Positions 50,114 to 60,763 of a stretch of DNA of 64,000 nucleotides are shown piece by piece. The translations under genes and the position numbers were made by a program. The stretch comes from Candidatus Marinacidobacterales bacterium (GTDB lineage Bacteria > Acidobacteriota > Vicinamibacteria > Marinacidobacterales > SMYC01), in assembly GCA_965237955.1 (NCBI GenBank), contig OZ250169.1:5440001-5504000 (forward strand). The letters are read 5' to 3'. The first letter of the stretch is position 1. Each line of letters begins with the position of its first letter. The notes beneath the pieces were generated by a model that worked only from the letters and a program-made list of their open reading frames with translations, did no database searches and was not told where the DNA came from.

Positions 50114-50893
50114 CTAGTTGGACGTCGTGCGGGTCGCCGGAGGATGGCTGAGATCGGGCCGGTAGTCGATCTCGACGACGACGCGCTGGGCTGATGGACG
50201 CGTGATCGTCTCCAGAATCTGTCTGACCTCGCTGTCCGAGTACGCGGCGGACATATAGTCCCCGAACGCGGGCCACTTGTCGCGTTCCGCGCCCGTATCG
50301 AAACCCGTCGCTGTCGTGAAGATGGCCCTGTCGCCCAAGACGCGCCGGCGGGTGATGCGCCGCGGCGAGCCTTCCGCGTTGGCTTCTGCTTCGCGAATCT
50401 TTCGAAGCGCGTAAGTGAAGTCCCCGACTCTGCCGGGCCTCACTCGATTAGTACTGACGAGATAATGCGCGCGAACCGCGTCGTTGCGATCCGGGTGCGT
50501 GCTGAGCGCTGGCGCCAGCCTGGATTCGTTAGTTTCCGTGCCAGCGATGGCGACGTTGCCCGAGCGGAAGATTGTCGCGGCCTCCTTGTCGCCAAAGGCC
50601 TTTTTCAGCATGTCGAGCGGAGTCGTCCAGGAATCTCTCTCCGCCCAGTTCTCATGAGGAAGGACGAAGATGTATTGTCCGCCTGTCGTGCCGACACCGG
50701 CCTGAAAGGCGTACCAGGGCTGAGCGTCGCCGTTTTTTTCGGCAGCCTCGACAACCTTCTTGACGTAGTCCTCATACTGCAGAGACATGCCCGACTTTAC
50801 CGTCACGGTCCGGTAGTAGTGCAACGTGGCCGATTGAGCGACGGCCAACGAGGCCATCGCCAAGAACAAGACCGTCCACCGCATAGTTTTCAT
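50114..50893 (-). CDS. Secreted hypothetical protein (duplicated NIPSNAP-like barrel)
   Basis: Signal peptide and two similar halves (TVKSG..YE..VKK / RVRPG..FT..LRK, each ending P.LS). Confidence 0.65.
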   Translation of the reverse strand: MKTMRWTVLFLAMASLAVAQSATLHYYRTVTVKSGMSLQYEDYVKKVVEAAEKNGDAQPWYAFQAGVGTTGGQYIFVLPHENWAERDSWTTPLDMLKKAFGDKEAATIFRSGNVAIAGTETNESRLAPALSTHPDRNDAVRAHYLVSTNRVRPGRVGDFTYALRKIREAEANAEGSPRRITRRRVLGDRAIFTTATGFDTGAERDKWPAFGDYMSAAYSDSEVRQILETITRPSAQRVVVEIDYRPDLSHPPATRTTSN

Positions 50894-51009
50894 AGCACCC
50901 CTCCTGGGTTTAGCGAGGGTCGCACAGTAAGTTGAACCCACCGTTGTCAACGAGCATGCCGAACGGGTGCGAGTTGTGAGTTGCCAAATGAATTTCTGCG
51001 GGCCAGGGC

Positions 51010-52023
51010 TCAGCCCACTCCGTCTTCGTGCCCTTCGACGAATCGCGCCCACGCGGGAGCGCTCGACGCGAGTCGCGTTCTGAGCGCAGCGATCTCGCCG
51101 CTGCTCATCGGTGTGAAGCTACGCGCGGCGGCGACGTTTTGTTCGAGGATGGGGATACTCGTGTGGCCGATATCGCACGAAGCGACGGGGAGCGACAGAT
51201 CGTAGCGGATGAGCTCCTCCGGTGTGGCTTGTGCCTCTCCATTGCCCACGATAGTGGCCCGGCCCATGACTTTCATGGCGATGACCCCGACTCCCTTCTC
51301 TACAGCGGCGGGAAGGACTTCTTCTTCGAACGCCGCCAACGGCTCGCCCGGCGTCATCGATAGGGGATGCACCGCCTGGGCCGCGTTCAGCGAGATGAGG
51401 AGCATATCGATGTCGAACCGCCGCACGGCTTCGAGCAAGACCTTTGGGTTGTAGTGCCCCGTGGCTCCGAATAAGCGGACCACCTTCTGGTCTCTCAGCT
51501 CTGTTAGCGCCGAAAGCGCTCCGTCGGGACGCTCGACGCGATCCAAATCTTCCATTTGGGAGAGGCTGTGCATCTGGATGAGATCGAGATGGTCGGTCTG
51601 CAAGAGCTCGAGGCTATAGTCGACGGAGCGCAACAGGCCGTCTCGATCCCGGTCTTGGGCTTTGCTGGCGAGAAAGATCCGGTTACGGTGCGGCGCGAGA
51701 ATTCGCCCGTAGTAGGTTTCCGAGAGCCGTTCATGGGGGCGAAACGTGTAGCCCGCTGCGGTGTCGAAGTAATTGATGCCGAGCTCGAGAGCCCGGTGGA
51801 TGAGCTCCGCGACTTTCTCTTCGCTCCCGCCGACGCCGCGAAGGAAGTGGCTTCCTCCCCCGAACGCAAGCACGGAGACGTTCACGCCGGTCTTGCCGAG
51901 CTCTCGCTGCGGAAGCACGGACGTTTGCGACGTACCCGAACTCGCAACCGCGGCCGTCAGACCCGCGCCCACCGTCGTCTTCAGGAAATCCCGGCGACCG
52001 ATCGTCTTTCCTGAACAAGTCAT
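51010..52023 (-). CDS. Aldo/keto reductase with Tat signal
   Basis: RRDFLK, RELGKTG, GINYFDTAAGY, IFLASK, LDLIQMH and IAMKVMG. Confidence 0.92.
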   Translation of the reverse strand: MTCSGKTIGRRDFLKTTVGAGLTAAVASSGTSQTSVLPQRELGKTGVNVSVLAFGGGSHFLRGVGGSEEKVAELIHRALELGINYFDTAAGYTFRPHERLSETYYGRILAPHRNRIFLASKAQDRDRDGLLRSVDYSLELLQTDHLDLIQMHSLSQMEDLDRVERPDGALSALTELRDQKVVRLFGATGHYNPKVLLEAVRRFDIDMLLISLNAAQAVHPLSMTPGEPLAAFEEEVLPAAVEKGVGVIAMKVMGRATIVGNGEAQATPEELIRYDLSLPVASCDIGHTSIPILEQNVAAARSFTPMSSGEIAALRTRLASSAPAWARFVEGHEDGVG

Positions 52024-52036
52024 GGCAAAGCCTCCC

Positions 52037-52335
52037 TTAGCTCTCGTTGGCCGTCGACCAACCGGTGCCGGCGCGCCACTTCACGTCGAGGTCTCTCTCA
52101 CGGTCGAGCAACTCGTCGTCCGAAATGCGGGGGCCCCACTCGTCTATCCCGAGAGCCGCAACCGCCTGGCTCTCTTCGTGGGGATTCCGCAGGGAGAGAC
52201 GCAGGTCCTCTCGGCGTCTCCGCTCGAGCTCGCGCCGGCCGCATCCAAGATGAACTTGCTGCGGTTTCGTGTCCTGCGATCGATGTCCTCGACGACCTCG
52301 CGGGGCATCGTTATCGTCACACGCTCCGTAGGCAT
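52037..52335 (-). pseudogene. Ribbon-helix-helix antitoxin-like gene, frameshifted
   Basis: ERVTITMP..VVEDID....NRSKFI, continuing in another frame as RRELERRRREDLRLSL. Confidence 0.65.
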
Positions 52336-52351
52336 ATGAGTAAGGTTCTCA

Positions 52352-53899
52352 TTAATTACCGTTATTTGGCACGAACCGCAAGTCCTCATAGTCGTAGCTC
52401 GAGTCGGCGGCGGCGGAGTACGGCTTCATGCGCATTTCTTCAATGGTACCGTCGGGTCCCATGGAGAAAGTCACGAACGCGTCCTCGATGGAGTGGTGGT
52501 CGAATCGTGCGACGAACGTATCGTAGTGCCAGTGCTCGAGGCGGGCATTGAACGGTGGAGACTTCGCGAACTGGAGGTGCAACGTGCCGCCGTTTTCCTC
52601 GATGACCGCATCGCCATAGAGGACATCGGTGTAGCGTCCGGCGTAGTCCGACAGCTTCAGGCTCGTGGATGTCGACGGGATGCGATTCTTTTCGATGGCC
52701 TCGAGCATCGGCTCGATCCGCCGGACCCATCGTTTCTCGGCGGCCTCACGCTGAGCGGCGGTCCAATCCGTCCGCGGTGCCCCGAAGTAGCTGTCCAGTA
52801 CCCAGTAGATCAACGCAGTCTGCACCGACGTCTCTTGGTTCGTGAGCACGACGATGCCGAGGTTCTCCTCCGGTACCAGCGTCGTCAGCGACGTCATCCC
52901 CGCGAGGCCCCCGCCGTGATGGACCAGCTTGCGACCACGATAATCCTTGAGGCGCCAGGCGAGTCCGTAGGCCGCGAAGTGTGGGTGTCGTGACGCGAGC
53001 TGCGGTGACGGTTTCCCGATCGGCAAGATCGTGTGTGGCGTCCACATCTGGCCGGCTTGCTTTTCGGAGTAGACGCGAACGTCGCGGAACTTGCCGCGCC
53101 CGAGCTGGAGCAGAAGCCAGTGACTCAGGTCGGCGGCGCTGGCATTGATGGCGCCGGCTCCACCCAGGTTGTCCACGTTCTCGGGCGTGATGGTCTGGAC
53201 CGTTCCCTTCACGCGCACATGAGGCGTGGCCCAGTTGCCGCTTCCGTCTCGCTTACGAATCGTCGTGTTCGAAGACGTCATCCCGAGTGGCGTGAAAATG
53301 CGCTCGGCCAGCAGTGAGTCCCAGCTTTTCCCAGAAACAGCCTCCGCAAGCTCTCCCGTTGCAATGAACATCACGTTTTGGTAGCCGTACCGACTGCGGA
53401 AGCTGTACGCGGGCTTGATGAAGCGAATGCGATGCAGGATCTCGTCGCGCGTGTACGTCGAGCGCAGCCAGAGCAAATCACCGCCGCCCGACGCGATCCC
53501 GCTTCGATGCGACAGGAGATCGCGGACCGTCAGCTCGCGCGTGGCGTAAGCGTCGTAGAGACGAAACCCGGGAAGGTGATCGATGACGCGGTCGTTCCAG
53601 TTGAGCACGCCCTCGTCGACGAGCGTGGCGAGAAGTGCGGCGGTGAAAGCCTTTGTGTTCGAGGCGATCGCGAAGAGCGTATCGGCGTCGACAGGCGTCG
53701 ATTCACCGAGCGTCCGGACGCCGAAGCCTTGGGTGAGAACGACGCGGCCGTCTTTCACGATCGCGACAGCGGCGCCGGGAACTTCGTAGGCCGCGAACGA
53801 CTCTTTCGCGTATTTCTCGAAGGCGCCGAGGTCGAGCTCTTGGGCAGGAGCGACCGGTGCGACGAATGCAGCGAGAATGACGTATCGCAGGGTCTTCAT
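52352..53899 (-). CDS. Serine hydrolase (beta-lactamase-like) with DUF3471-type C-terminus
   Basis: IASNTK (SxxK), LLSHRSG, YQN, HGGG and YAGRY...YG. Confidence 0.92.
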   Translation of the reverse strand: MKTLRYVILAAFVAPVAPAQELDLGAFEKYAKESFAAYEVPGAAVAIVKDGRVVLTQGFGVRTLGESTPVDADTLFAIASNTKAFTAALLATLVDEGVLNWNDRVIDHLPGFRLYDAYATRELTVRDLLSHRSGIASGGGDLLWLRSTYTRDEILHRIRFIKPAYSFRSRYGYQNVMFIATGELAEAVSGKSWDSLLAERIFTPLGMTSSNTTIRKRDGSGNWATPHVRVKGTVQTITPENVDNLGGAGAINASAADLSHWLLLQLGRGKFRDVRVYSEKQAGQMWTPHTILPIGKPSPQLASRHPHFAAYGLAWRLKDYRGRKLVHHGGGLAGMTSLTTLVPEENLGIVVLTNQETSVQTALIYWVLDSYFGAPRTDWTAAQREAAEKRWVRRIEPMLEAIEKNRIPSTSTSLKLSDYAGRYTDVLYGDAVIEENGGTLHLQFAKSPPFNARLEHWHYDTFVARFDHHSIEDAFVTFSMGPDGTIEEMRMKPYSAAADSSYDYEDLRFVPNNGN

Positions 53900-53956
53900 A
53901 GTTGCGAGGTTAGCACACGATTTTCCGAGCCACGCTGCTAGAATGCCGACATCACA

Positions 53957-54100
53957 ATGAACCTTTCCGCTGGTCAGACACTGGGCGTCTTCGAGATCCT
54001 CGGTGCCATCGGCGCCGGCGGCATGGGCGATGTCTACAAAGCTCGCGATACCCGGCTCGACCGGACGGTGGCCATCAAAGTGATGCCGTCGCACCTTTCG
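53957..54100 (+). pseudogene. Ser/Thr kinase N-terminal fragment
   Basis: IGAGGMGDVYKARDTRLDRTVAIKV followed by an abrupt loss of similarity. Confidence 0.85.
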
Positions 54101-54385
54101 GAGGTCCTCGTTGACACCCAGTCTGCAACCGGTTTTGCGACAGACTCTTCCGTCAAGGACCGGTTCGGCGCTTCTTAGTCCTGGAGCGGATTGGCGATCC
54201 CCCTCCGTTGACGCTTATACAGAACTGGACGGCAGAGCTTCTCTGATCAGAGGTGTAGCCGACCGCGCTACACCCGAGCGCGCCCAACACCCCCTGTAGT
54301 CAGGTCGTCTACACGCCTCGCCGAGGAACCTGGCTGCAAGCCGTTCGACCGTCGAGAGATCCCCACCACGCTCGCTTGGCCGTTC

Positions 54386-54401
54386 TGGCATCCATCATGC
54401 A
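54386..54401 (+). promoter_or_regulatory. Candidate sigma-54 (-24/-12) promoter
   Basis: TGGCATCCATCATGCA fits GG-N10-GC, about 40 bp before ATG 54443 (GAGGA SD). Confidence 0.55.
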
Positions 54402-54442
54402 ATAGACGTAGAGCATCCAAACAATTTCAAGAGGACATCGCT

Positions 54443-55369
54443 ATGACGTTGGTCATGGAGAAGACCCAGGCGTCCGCCACGGATACGACGACACCGGGCT
54501 CGTTCGAGCTGAAGGTCGAAATCGGAAAGACCGCGGCGTTTGCTTTCCTTTTAGACCCGTCGGGAGACGGCTCGGGGCCCGAGCACTTCCGTCAAGGCCG
54601 GAACCGACTGCCCCGCTACTTCGATTGGCTCCAGGTTCCTTCGGAGCGCGCCTTGTCGCTCGTCGACGAGCTCATGCCGCGTCATCCCGAGGTTCTGCCT
54701 CCGCTGCCTTTCAACCTTCTCGTCTCGCCACGTTGGGCGGGGAGCGCGCAGTCCGTCGAGGTCTTCGTGAACATGGCCTTCCGTCGTCACAACGAGTTGC
54801 TCGTCCGCGTCCCGGCATGGGCCAAGTTTCTGATAGGGCACCAACCGATCGAGCGGTGGATTGCGCTGCAGCCCTATCTCGCTCGACTCGGGACAGTCGG
54901 CTTGATTGGTGTCGACACGTCGAGCACGGAAGGACACGCCCTCGAGGTACTCGTCAGGGCCGACGATCTCCAAGCGGAGGATCTGAAACGGCTCGCGACG
55001 CTGGCCGGGGCACCGTCGGGTCAACTCCTTCACTTGTGGCGATCGCTCTCCATGACAGGCGTCAGCGACCCCGGCCCGACAATACTGTCGATAAGACTCG
55101 CGGGTGATGAATCGCTCGACGTGGGCGTCACGTTCCCGGCCCGGCGCGCGGGATCATCCATCGGGATTCAGAAACGGATTCAGTCGTTGGCGCACGTCTA
55201 CGACCTCGAGATCCGTAGGTATCTCAAATCGATCGAAGAGCTGAAACGGCTGTCGGGTCGCGCTCCTGAGCACACCGTGCTCGGGTTCTCCTCGAAGAAC
55301 GGCCGGATTGTTCTAACCGCTTCCTCCGAATCGGTTGCGGCACCCTACGGGATGTCACGCGCGTCATAA
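54443..55369 (+). CDS. Hypothetical protein, possible ABBA prenyltransferase-like barrel
   Basis: 308-aa ORF with SD and paired beta-strand pattern. No certain motif. Confidence 0.6.
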   Translation: MTLVMEKTQASATDTTTPGSFELKVEIGKTAAFAFLLDPSGDGSGPEHFRQGRNRLPRYFDWLQVPSERALSLVDELMPRHPEVLPPLPFNLLVSPRWAGSAQSVEVFVNMAFRRHNELLVRVPAWAKFLIGHQPIERWIALQPYLARLGTVGLIGVDTSSTEGHALEVLVRADDLQAEDLKRLATLAGAPSGQLLHLWRSLSMTGVSDPGPTILSIRLAGDESLDVGVTFPARRAGSSIGIQKRIQSLAHVYDLEIRRYLKSIEELKRLSGRAPEHTVLGFSSKNGRIVLTASSESVAAPYGMSRAS

Positions 55370-56978
55370 ACCTCCCGCGACGTCGACGACAGCTCCAGAT
55401 TCATCTTCCGGAGCAAGTCCTGGAACCTCGGCTCGGAGTGGAGCATGTGCCAATCCCAGGCCACGGCGAGGTGCACCAAAGCGGGTTCGCGCTCTTCGAA
55501 TGCCTTCTCCAGCCACGCGAGCGCCTGAAGTTTGTTTCCAGCGTGAGCATACAGGCGAGCGACACGCACGGCGCCAACGTAATTTTCCTCGGAGCGTGCC
55601 GCGAGTCTTTCGGCAGCGACGCTCATCGCTTTCCGGTAGTCAGACTCCGTGGCACCGTTTGTTAGTGCTTCCGCAACTTCCGTTCTTCCCAAGAGAGTGA
55701 AAAAGTCCTTCGCCGCCTTCAGCGCCTCGTTACTCACACGTTTTCTGTAAAGAGCACCCCAAAGTCCTTGACGCGCCGTTGGAAAATTCGGCTCTGTTCT
55801 GAGCGCCCGTCGGAGCTCGACAAGGGCGTCATCGTTGCGGCCGAGATACAGCAGGACCAGCCATGAAAACACTGGTAGAACGCATTGAATGGATCGAGCT
55901 CGAGTGCTCGTTCGAGCTCGACCATGGCCTCGGACGGCCGGTTCATCGAGATCAGAAAATCCGAGTAGAAGAAGTGCCCGTCAGCGTAATTTTGGTTGAG
56001 CTGAACGGCTCGTCGAAACTCCTTCTCCGCGCTCGCCCAGTCCCAATCGTGGACGAAGTGGACGTTCGCCAGCATGCCGTGAACTTCCGCGAGCGTGTCA
56101 TCCATGGCCATCGCCGTCAGGAGCGACGCCTTCATGCGAGCATGTGCTTCCGGTGGGGGTGTGACGCCACAATCACCCTTGGAAAACCAGGTGTAAGCGA
56201 TGCCCACGTGCGGGAGCGCGTAATGGCGATCTTTCTTCAGGGAGAGCTGGAAGTACTCGAGCGCGGTGTCGAGGTGGTCTGGTGAGAGCTTGTACCAGTG
56301 GAACCGTCCTTTGAGATAAGCCTCGTAGGCTTCGCGGCTGACTTTGCGGTCTCCCCCGAGTCGCTCGGTATCCTCCGGCGTCAACGCTACGTGGATCTCG
56401 GACGCGATCGCCCGCGCGAGCTCGCTTTGAAGCGCAAGGACGTCTCCTAGATCTCGTTCATAACTTTCAGCCCAAAGATGCTCATCCGTCCGACCGTCGA
56501 TGAGCTGGATCGTGACGCGAACCCGCTCGCCGACGCGCAATACCGAGCCTTCGATGACGGCGTCCACACCCAGCTCCCGGGAAATCTCGGGAATCGATCG
56601 GCGCGCTTCGTTGTAGCGCATGACCGATCGGCGGGAGATCACCCTCAAGGCACCGATTTTCGACAGGTCCGTGATCAACGCATCATGCATTCCGAGCACG
56701 AGGTATTCCTGGTCCGGATCGCGCGTGAGGTTTTCGAGTGGCAGGACGGCGATCCCGAATCTCTTGCGGGATATCTCATGAGGACGTCGGCTCTCGAGCC
56801 AGGTATCGATCTCGGAGTGATACGCGTAGACGCTGGCTTGTTTCTGGTGGACGTGGCGGTGGACAGGAAGGCCTTCCTCCTTCTCCCATCGCCGCACCGT
56901 GCTCGTATCGCGATCGAGGTAGACCGCGATCTCTTTCCACGACTCCAGTCGTTCGGCGGAACGAGAATCAAGGCCCAT
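55345..56978 (-). pseudogene. HTH + TolB-like + TPR protein, frameshift near 55860
   Basis: LESWKEIA.YL.R..STVRRWEK, IAVLPLENL, LRVISRRS, TPRs and EPRFQDLLRKM. Confidence 0.85.
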
Positions 56979-57135
56979 CGAGCTAGAGTCTACTGGCGCC
57001 ACCCGCGGAGAATCAAAGGCGGTGCCGAGGTGCTCGTGCGCGCGCAAAGGTGCTCAAAGTCGCGTGGCCACGCTCCCATGTCTTGACGGTACCCGGAACT
57101 CCTTGTAGCGTTGGGACCTATCAAGGAGAGTGCTG

Positions 57136-57528
57136 ATGGAAACGACGCAGGACAAGGGCAGCGAGTTGCTCAACGATTATGCGGCCGCACTAACGGCTGG
57201 AGACATGGAACGTTGGATGTCTCTGTGGGCAGAGTCTGGCATACAGATGGCACCGGATGCTCCGTCTCGCACGAGTCAAGAGCAGATTCGCGTTGCGATG
57301 GAGCCGTTTTTCGATCTCTACGATCACGAGATGACGGTGGATTGCCAGGACGTCCGGCTTGCGAGTGCGTGGGGATTCGTTCGCGGTGAGTTCACGCACG
57401 AGAGCAAAGCGAAAAACGGCAGTGGCAAAGCAAGTCGTACCGGCAAGTTCTTGACGATTGTCGAGAAACAAGACGGTGGCGCGTGGAAGATCGTGTGCGA
57501 CTGCTTCAACTACAACGCACCCGCGTAG
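57136..57528 (+). CDS. SnoaL/DUF4440 NTF2-like protein
   Basis: AALTAGD, GKFLTIVEKQDGGAWKI and AAGGAG SD. Confidence 0.85.
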   Translation: METTQDKGSELLNDYAAALTAGDMERWMSLWAESGIQMAPDAPSRTSQEQIRVAMEPFFDLYDHEMTVDCQDVRLASAWGFVRGEFTHESKAKNGSGKASRTGKFLTIVEKQDGGAWKIVCDCFNYNAPA

Positions 57529-58609
57529 GTGCGTCGCCGGGGCGCACCTAGCTGACCTCGTCTTTCATCGATTTTCCACTGAATGAAATCCGCCCCGTAC
57601 ACGTGCTCCGCCTCGAGCTGGTTATGGGCGGGGCAGAGGAGACGCAAAAAACGTTCATCGTTGCTGAGGAAGATGGCGAACGGTCGCACGTGGTCGATCT
57701 GAAGGCCGGTCCGCGAGCTGCATCGTGTCCGGTTAGGGCCCCGGTATTCACATTGATGACCCGCACGAGCGTGGACCCGCTCGACGACCTCGGAGGGAAT
57801 GTAGCGGGACTTGGCGGGCTCGTCGTCCCTCGGGTTTTTCACAATCTCGTCCGGACGAGATGGCCGTTGGCGCCCTTTCCGGCGTTCGAGCTTCTTCTTT
57901 GGGTCCTTTTTCTCGAGGGCGATGTCGAGAGCTTTCTCGATAATCTCGGCCATGTGCTTCTGAGTGTTCTCGACACCCAGGACTTCGGCCAGCCGTTCGA
58001 ACTTGTCTTTGAAGTTGCGGTCGGCCGTGAACCTGAAGTTGAATTCGTCGGGTCGCGCGGGCTGGAGAATGTTGGGGGAGCTCGATGATCGCGGCGGTTT
58101 GGTCGTCGTCACGTCGTGCACGGGCGTCGTTTCGACTTGCGGTCGTTTTGGCTCGGGGCGCTTTCGGATGGATGGCTCGAAGACGGGTTTGGGCTCGAGG
58201 GTCACCAGGTGCTCGAGTACGGCGTTTTTGGTCATCCCAGCACAGTCGGAAAGGAGCTGGTCGACGTTGTCTTCACTCAGATGGGGCGCCAAGAGACCGG
58301 CGACGGTGAGACTGAGACGGTTTTTACTCAACGCGACGAGCAGCTGAGGGAAGCGAATCGAGACATTCGCGACGTGGATTCTTGATGCGACCGAGCCCTC
58401 GCTCAGATGGAGCCTCTTGACGCAGTAGTCGAAGAGGCTTTGTAGCCGAGCTCCAGCGCGGCCTTACGTCTCGACATTTCGGCGACATGAGCGATTAGCT
58501 TGGCGACGTTTCGTTTCTCGGCGCAAACCAATTGTTCTGCTGATCGGTCGAGCTCCCCATTCGAGAGCCGTTCGAGTTTTGCGAAGTATGTCTTGAACCT
58601 ATCGAGCAT
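57510..58609 (-). pseudogene. DUF222-like/HNH endonuclease domain protein, frameshifted
   Basis: N-part LIAHVAEM.RRK..LELGY.SLFDYC. C-part SRYIP..V...QC....C.....IDHV.P...LC.AHN. Confidence 0.8.
57526..57550. terminator. Hairpin between convergent genes
   Basis: TAGGTGCG...CGCACCTA inverted repeat starting at the SnoaL stop. No U-tract. Confidence 0.4.
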
Positions 58610-58863
58610 CGTTTTCCCGCGTTCGAAGAGTCAGTAATAAAGTATACCCCCTGGTTTTTGCTCGCCCAGAGATTGCGAGAGAGTGGCGAAGACGAGGAAA
58701 TCTGAAACGAAAGTCGGAAACCAGGTCACGACCGCGTCTGGGGCCATGGGAGCGTTTGTGAGCGCCCTTGTGAGAGCGGAGGTGGTCGAGAACAAATTTG
58801 TTCCACGAAAGCTGTCAAGATTTTTTTGTGTTTTTTTTGAAGTCGATGATAGCTTCTGTAGGA

Positions 58864-59661
58864 ATGAGCGAGACGCAATCCATTCCCTTGTTAGGTCTCG
58901 GCACGTGGGACTTTCGGGGTGCCGACTGCGTGCGCGCGGTTCGCGAAGCGCTTGACATCGGGTACCGCCACGTCGATACGGCACAAATGTATGAGAACGA
59001 GCGCGAGGTCGGTCGGGGGCTGAGCGAGTCGGGTGTCGACCGAGAGCAGGTGTTCGTCACGACGAAGCTCTGGCTCGATAACTTGACGCGGAACGCCGTG
59101 TCCTCGAGTTTCGAAGAGAGCTTGAAGCGGCTGGCGACGGAGTATGTCGATCTTCTCCTGATCCACTGGCCGAGCGGCGAGGTGCCTCTCGAGGAAACGC
59201 TCGATGCCATGGACCGTGTCCGCGAGTCTGGAAAGGCGCGTGCCATCGGCGTCAGCAACTTTCCGACGGCGCTTTGGAAACGGGCGCTGGAGCTAGCTCG
59301 GGTGCCGGTGAACCAGGTGGAGTTTCATCCGTTTCTGGACCAGAGCGCTCTCATGGGTTTTGCGCGCGAGCGCGATCTTCGGCTGGTCGCCTACAGGCCC
59401 ATCGCCAAAGGAAAAGTCGCCGAGGAGCCGGCGATCGTGGAGGTCGCGCGCACGCACGAGCGCACTCCAGCCCAGGTGGCCCTACGGTGGGTGGTCCAAC
59501 AAGGAGTGTCTGCCATTCCGAAATCGTCACGCCGCGATCACCTCGAAGAGAATTTGCGCATCTTCGACTTCACGTTGAGCGACGACGAGATGCAACGGAT
59601 GTCGGCGCTCGGTCGCGGTCTCAGACTCGTCGACCCGGGCTGGGCGCCCGATTGGGACTAG
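58864..59661 (+). CDS. Aldo/keto reductase (2,5-DKG reductase-like)
   Basis: LGLGTW, GYRHVDTAQMY, FVTTK, LLLIHWP, IGVSNF and IPKS. Confidence 0.95.
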   Translation: MSETQSIPLLGLGTWDFRGADCVRAVREALDIGYRHVDTAQMYENEREVGRGLSESGVDREQVFVTTKLWLDNLTRNAVSSSFEESLKRLATEYVDLLLIHWPSGEVPLEETLDAMDRVRESGKARAIGVSNFPTALWKRALELARVPVNQVEFHPFLDQSALMGFARERDLRLVAYRPIAKGKVAEEPAIVEVARTHERTPAQVALRWVVQQGVSAIPKSSRRDHLEENLRIFDFTLSDDEMQRMSALGRGLRLVDPGWAPDWD

Positions 59662-60028
59662 CCCTATCATGTTGCTAGAATCGCCGACAGTCCATGGCGC
59701 TCGCACGCGGGGAGCTTGCCGAGAGTGCGGAGCGACGGGCTTTCTATACTTCACCTGGGAAGAATATCTCGGCGACGTCTGGGTGATGGACGTGGTTTAT
59801 GAGTAGCGGCGTACCCCACGCCACCCGATGGCGCTAGCGCGCCATCGACCGCTGTCAGGGCTAGCGGTCGCGCGCGGCTCTCAACGGGTCTTCGGCTGCG
59901 CGAATCTGATCGACGTAGGCTCTGCAGGTCGCGTCCGTTCCGCCGGGACGCCGAGCAGCGGCGAAACAGTTGCGCTCGGCTTCTGCGAGCCGGTCGATTT
60001 GGTCTTCTATTTGCTCAACTTGCGTTTG

Positions 60029-60763
60029 TCAGGGAAGGGCGGGAACCTCGGAAGAGGGGAAGAGGTTGGAATCCTCGTCAGCGAAGACGACTTCGATTCT
60101 GTAGCTCTTCGCGTCGTCATAGGATGCTAGAAGCCAATTGCGGATGAAATCCTCGGTTTTCTTACGGCCGAGCTCTCTCACGAGCGCGATGTTCTCCTGA
60201 GCGCGCATCTTCGAGAGGTTCGGGAGGCCGCGTTTCAGGTTTTCGAGCGCTTCCTCTTCGTCTCGTAGCACGCTTCGGTCAGCGACGTCATAACGAAGGT
60301 TGGAGACGTCGATGGCGGGCTGGTTGTATCGAATCTCGGGCGCGTGCACGAGAACGGTTTGGTCCTCGATGAGAAGCTCCCATCGATCGTCGAGGTTGAG
60401 GTAGTAGGTGTACTCGACTGGAGCCTCGGCGCGGACGACGACGTCGGGAAGAGCGAATTGGCCCCAGAGCACGGTTGCACTGTCGGTGCGCTCGAACACC
60501 TCGACCTGCTTCAGATTCGCAAACTGCAGGTAGTTGCTGCCGCTCATCTCGGCCGCGTAGCTGATGAAGCGGGTGGTGACGGTTCCGCTTTTGAATGCCT
60601 CGATGAGCGACCGCCCGGAATCGATGACGTCCCCGGGTAGGCTGCGTGTCGAGTGGAAGACGTACGCGACCAACGCGAGGGAAGCGAGCCCGAGAAGCGT
60701 AACGACGCGCGGCCAGGGCGACTTCCGATCCGTGTTGTCCGGTGACGACACCATCCCTCTCAT
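60029..60763 (-). CDS. DUF4230-like membrane-anchored protein
   Basis: One N-terminal TM, EAPVEYTYYLNL..W and VHAPEI. Confidence 0.65.
   Translation of the reverse strand: MRGMVSSPDNTDRKSPWPRVVTLLGLASLALVAYVFHSTRSLPGDVIDSGRSLIEAFKSGTVTTRFISYAAEMSGSNYLQFANLKQVEVFERTDSATVLWGQFALPDVVVRAEAPVEYTYYLNLDDRWELLIEDQTVLVHAPEIRYNQPAIDVSNLRYDVADRSVLRDEEEALENLKRGLPNLSKMRAQENIALVRELGRKKTEDFIRNWLLASYDDAKSYRIEVVFADEDSNLFPSSEVPALP

Noticed and set aside
46085-54100. Kinase N-fragment and PD40 C-fragment as two halves of one gene
   Set aside because: The order is wrong, most of the gene is missing, and this family is highly paralogous.
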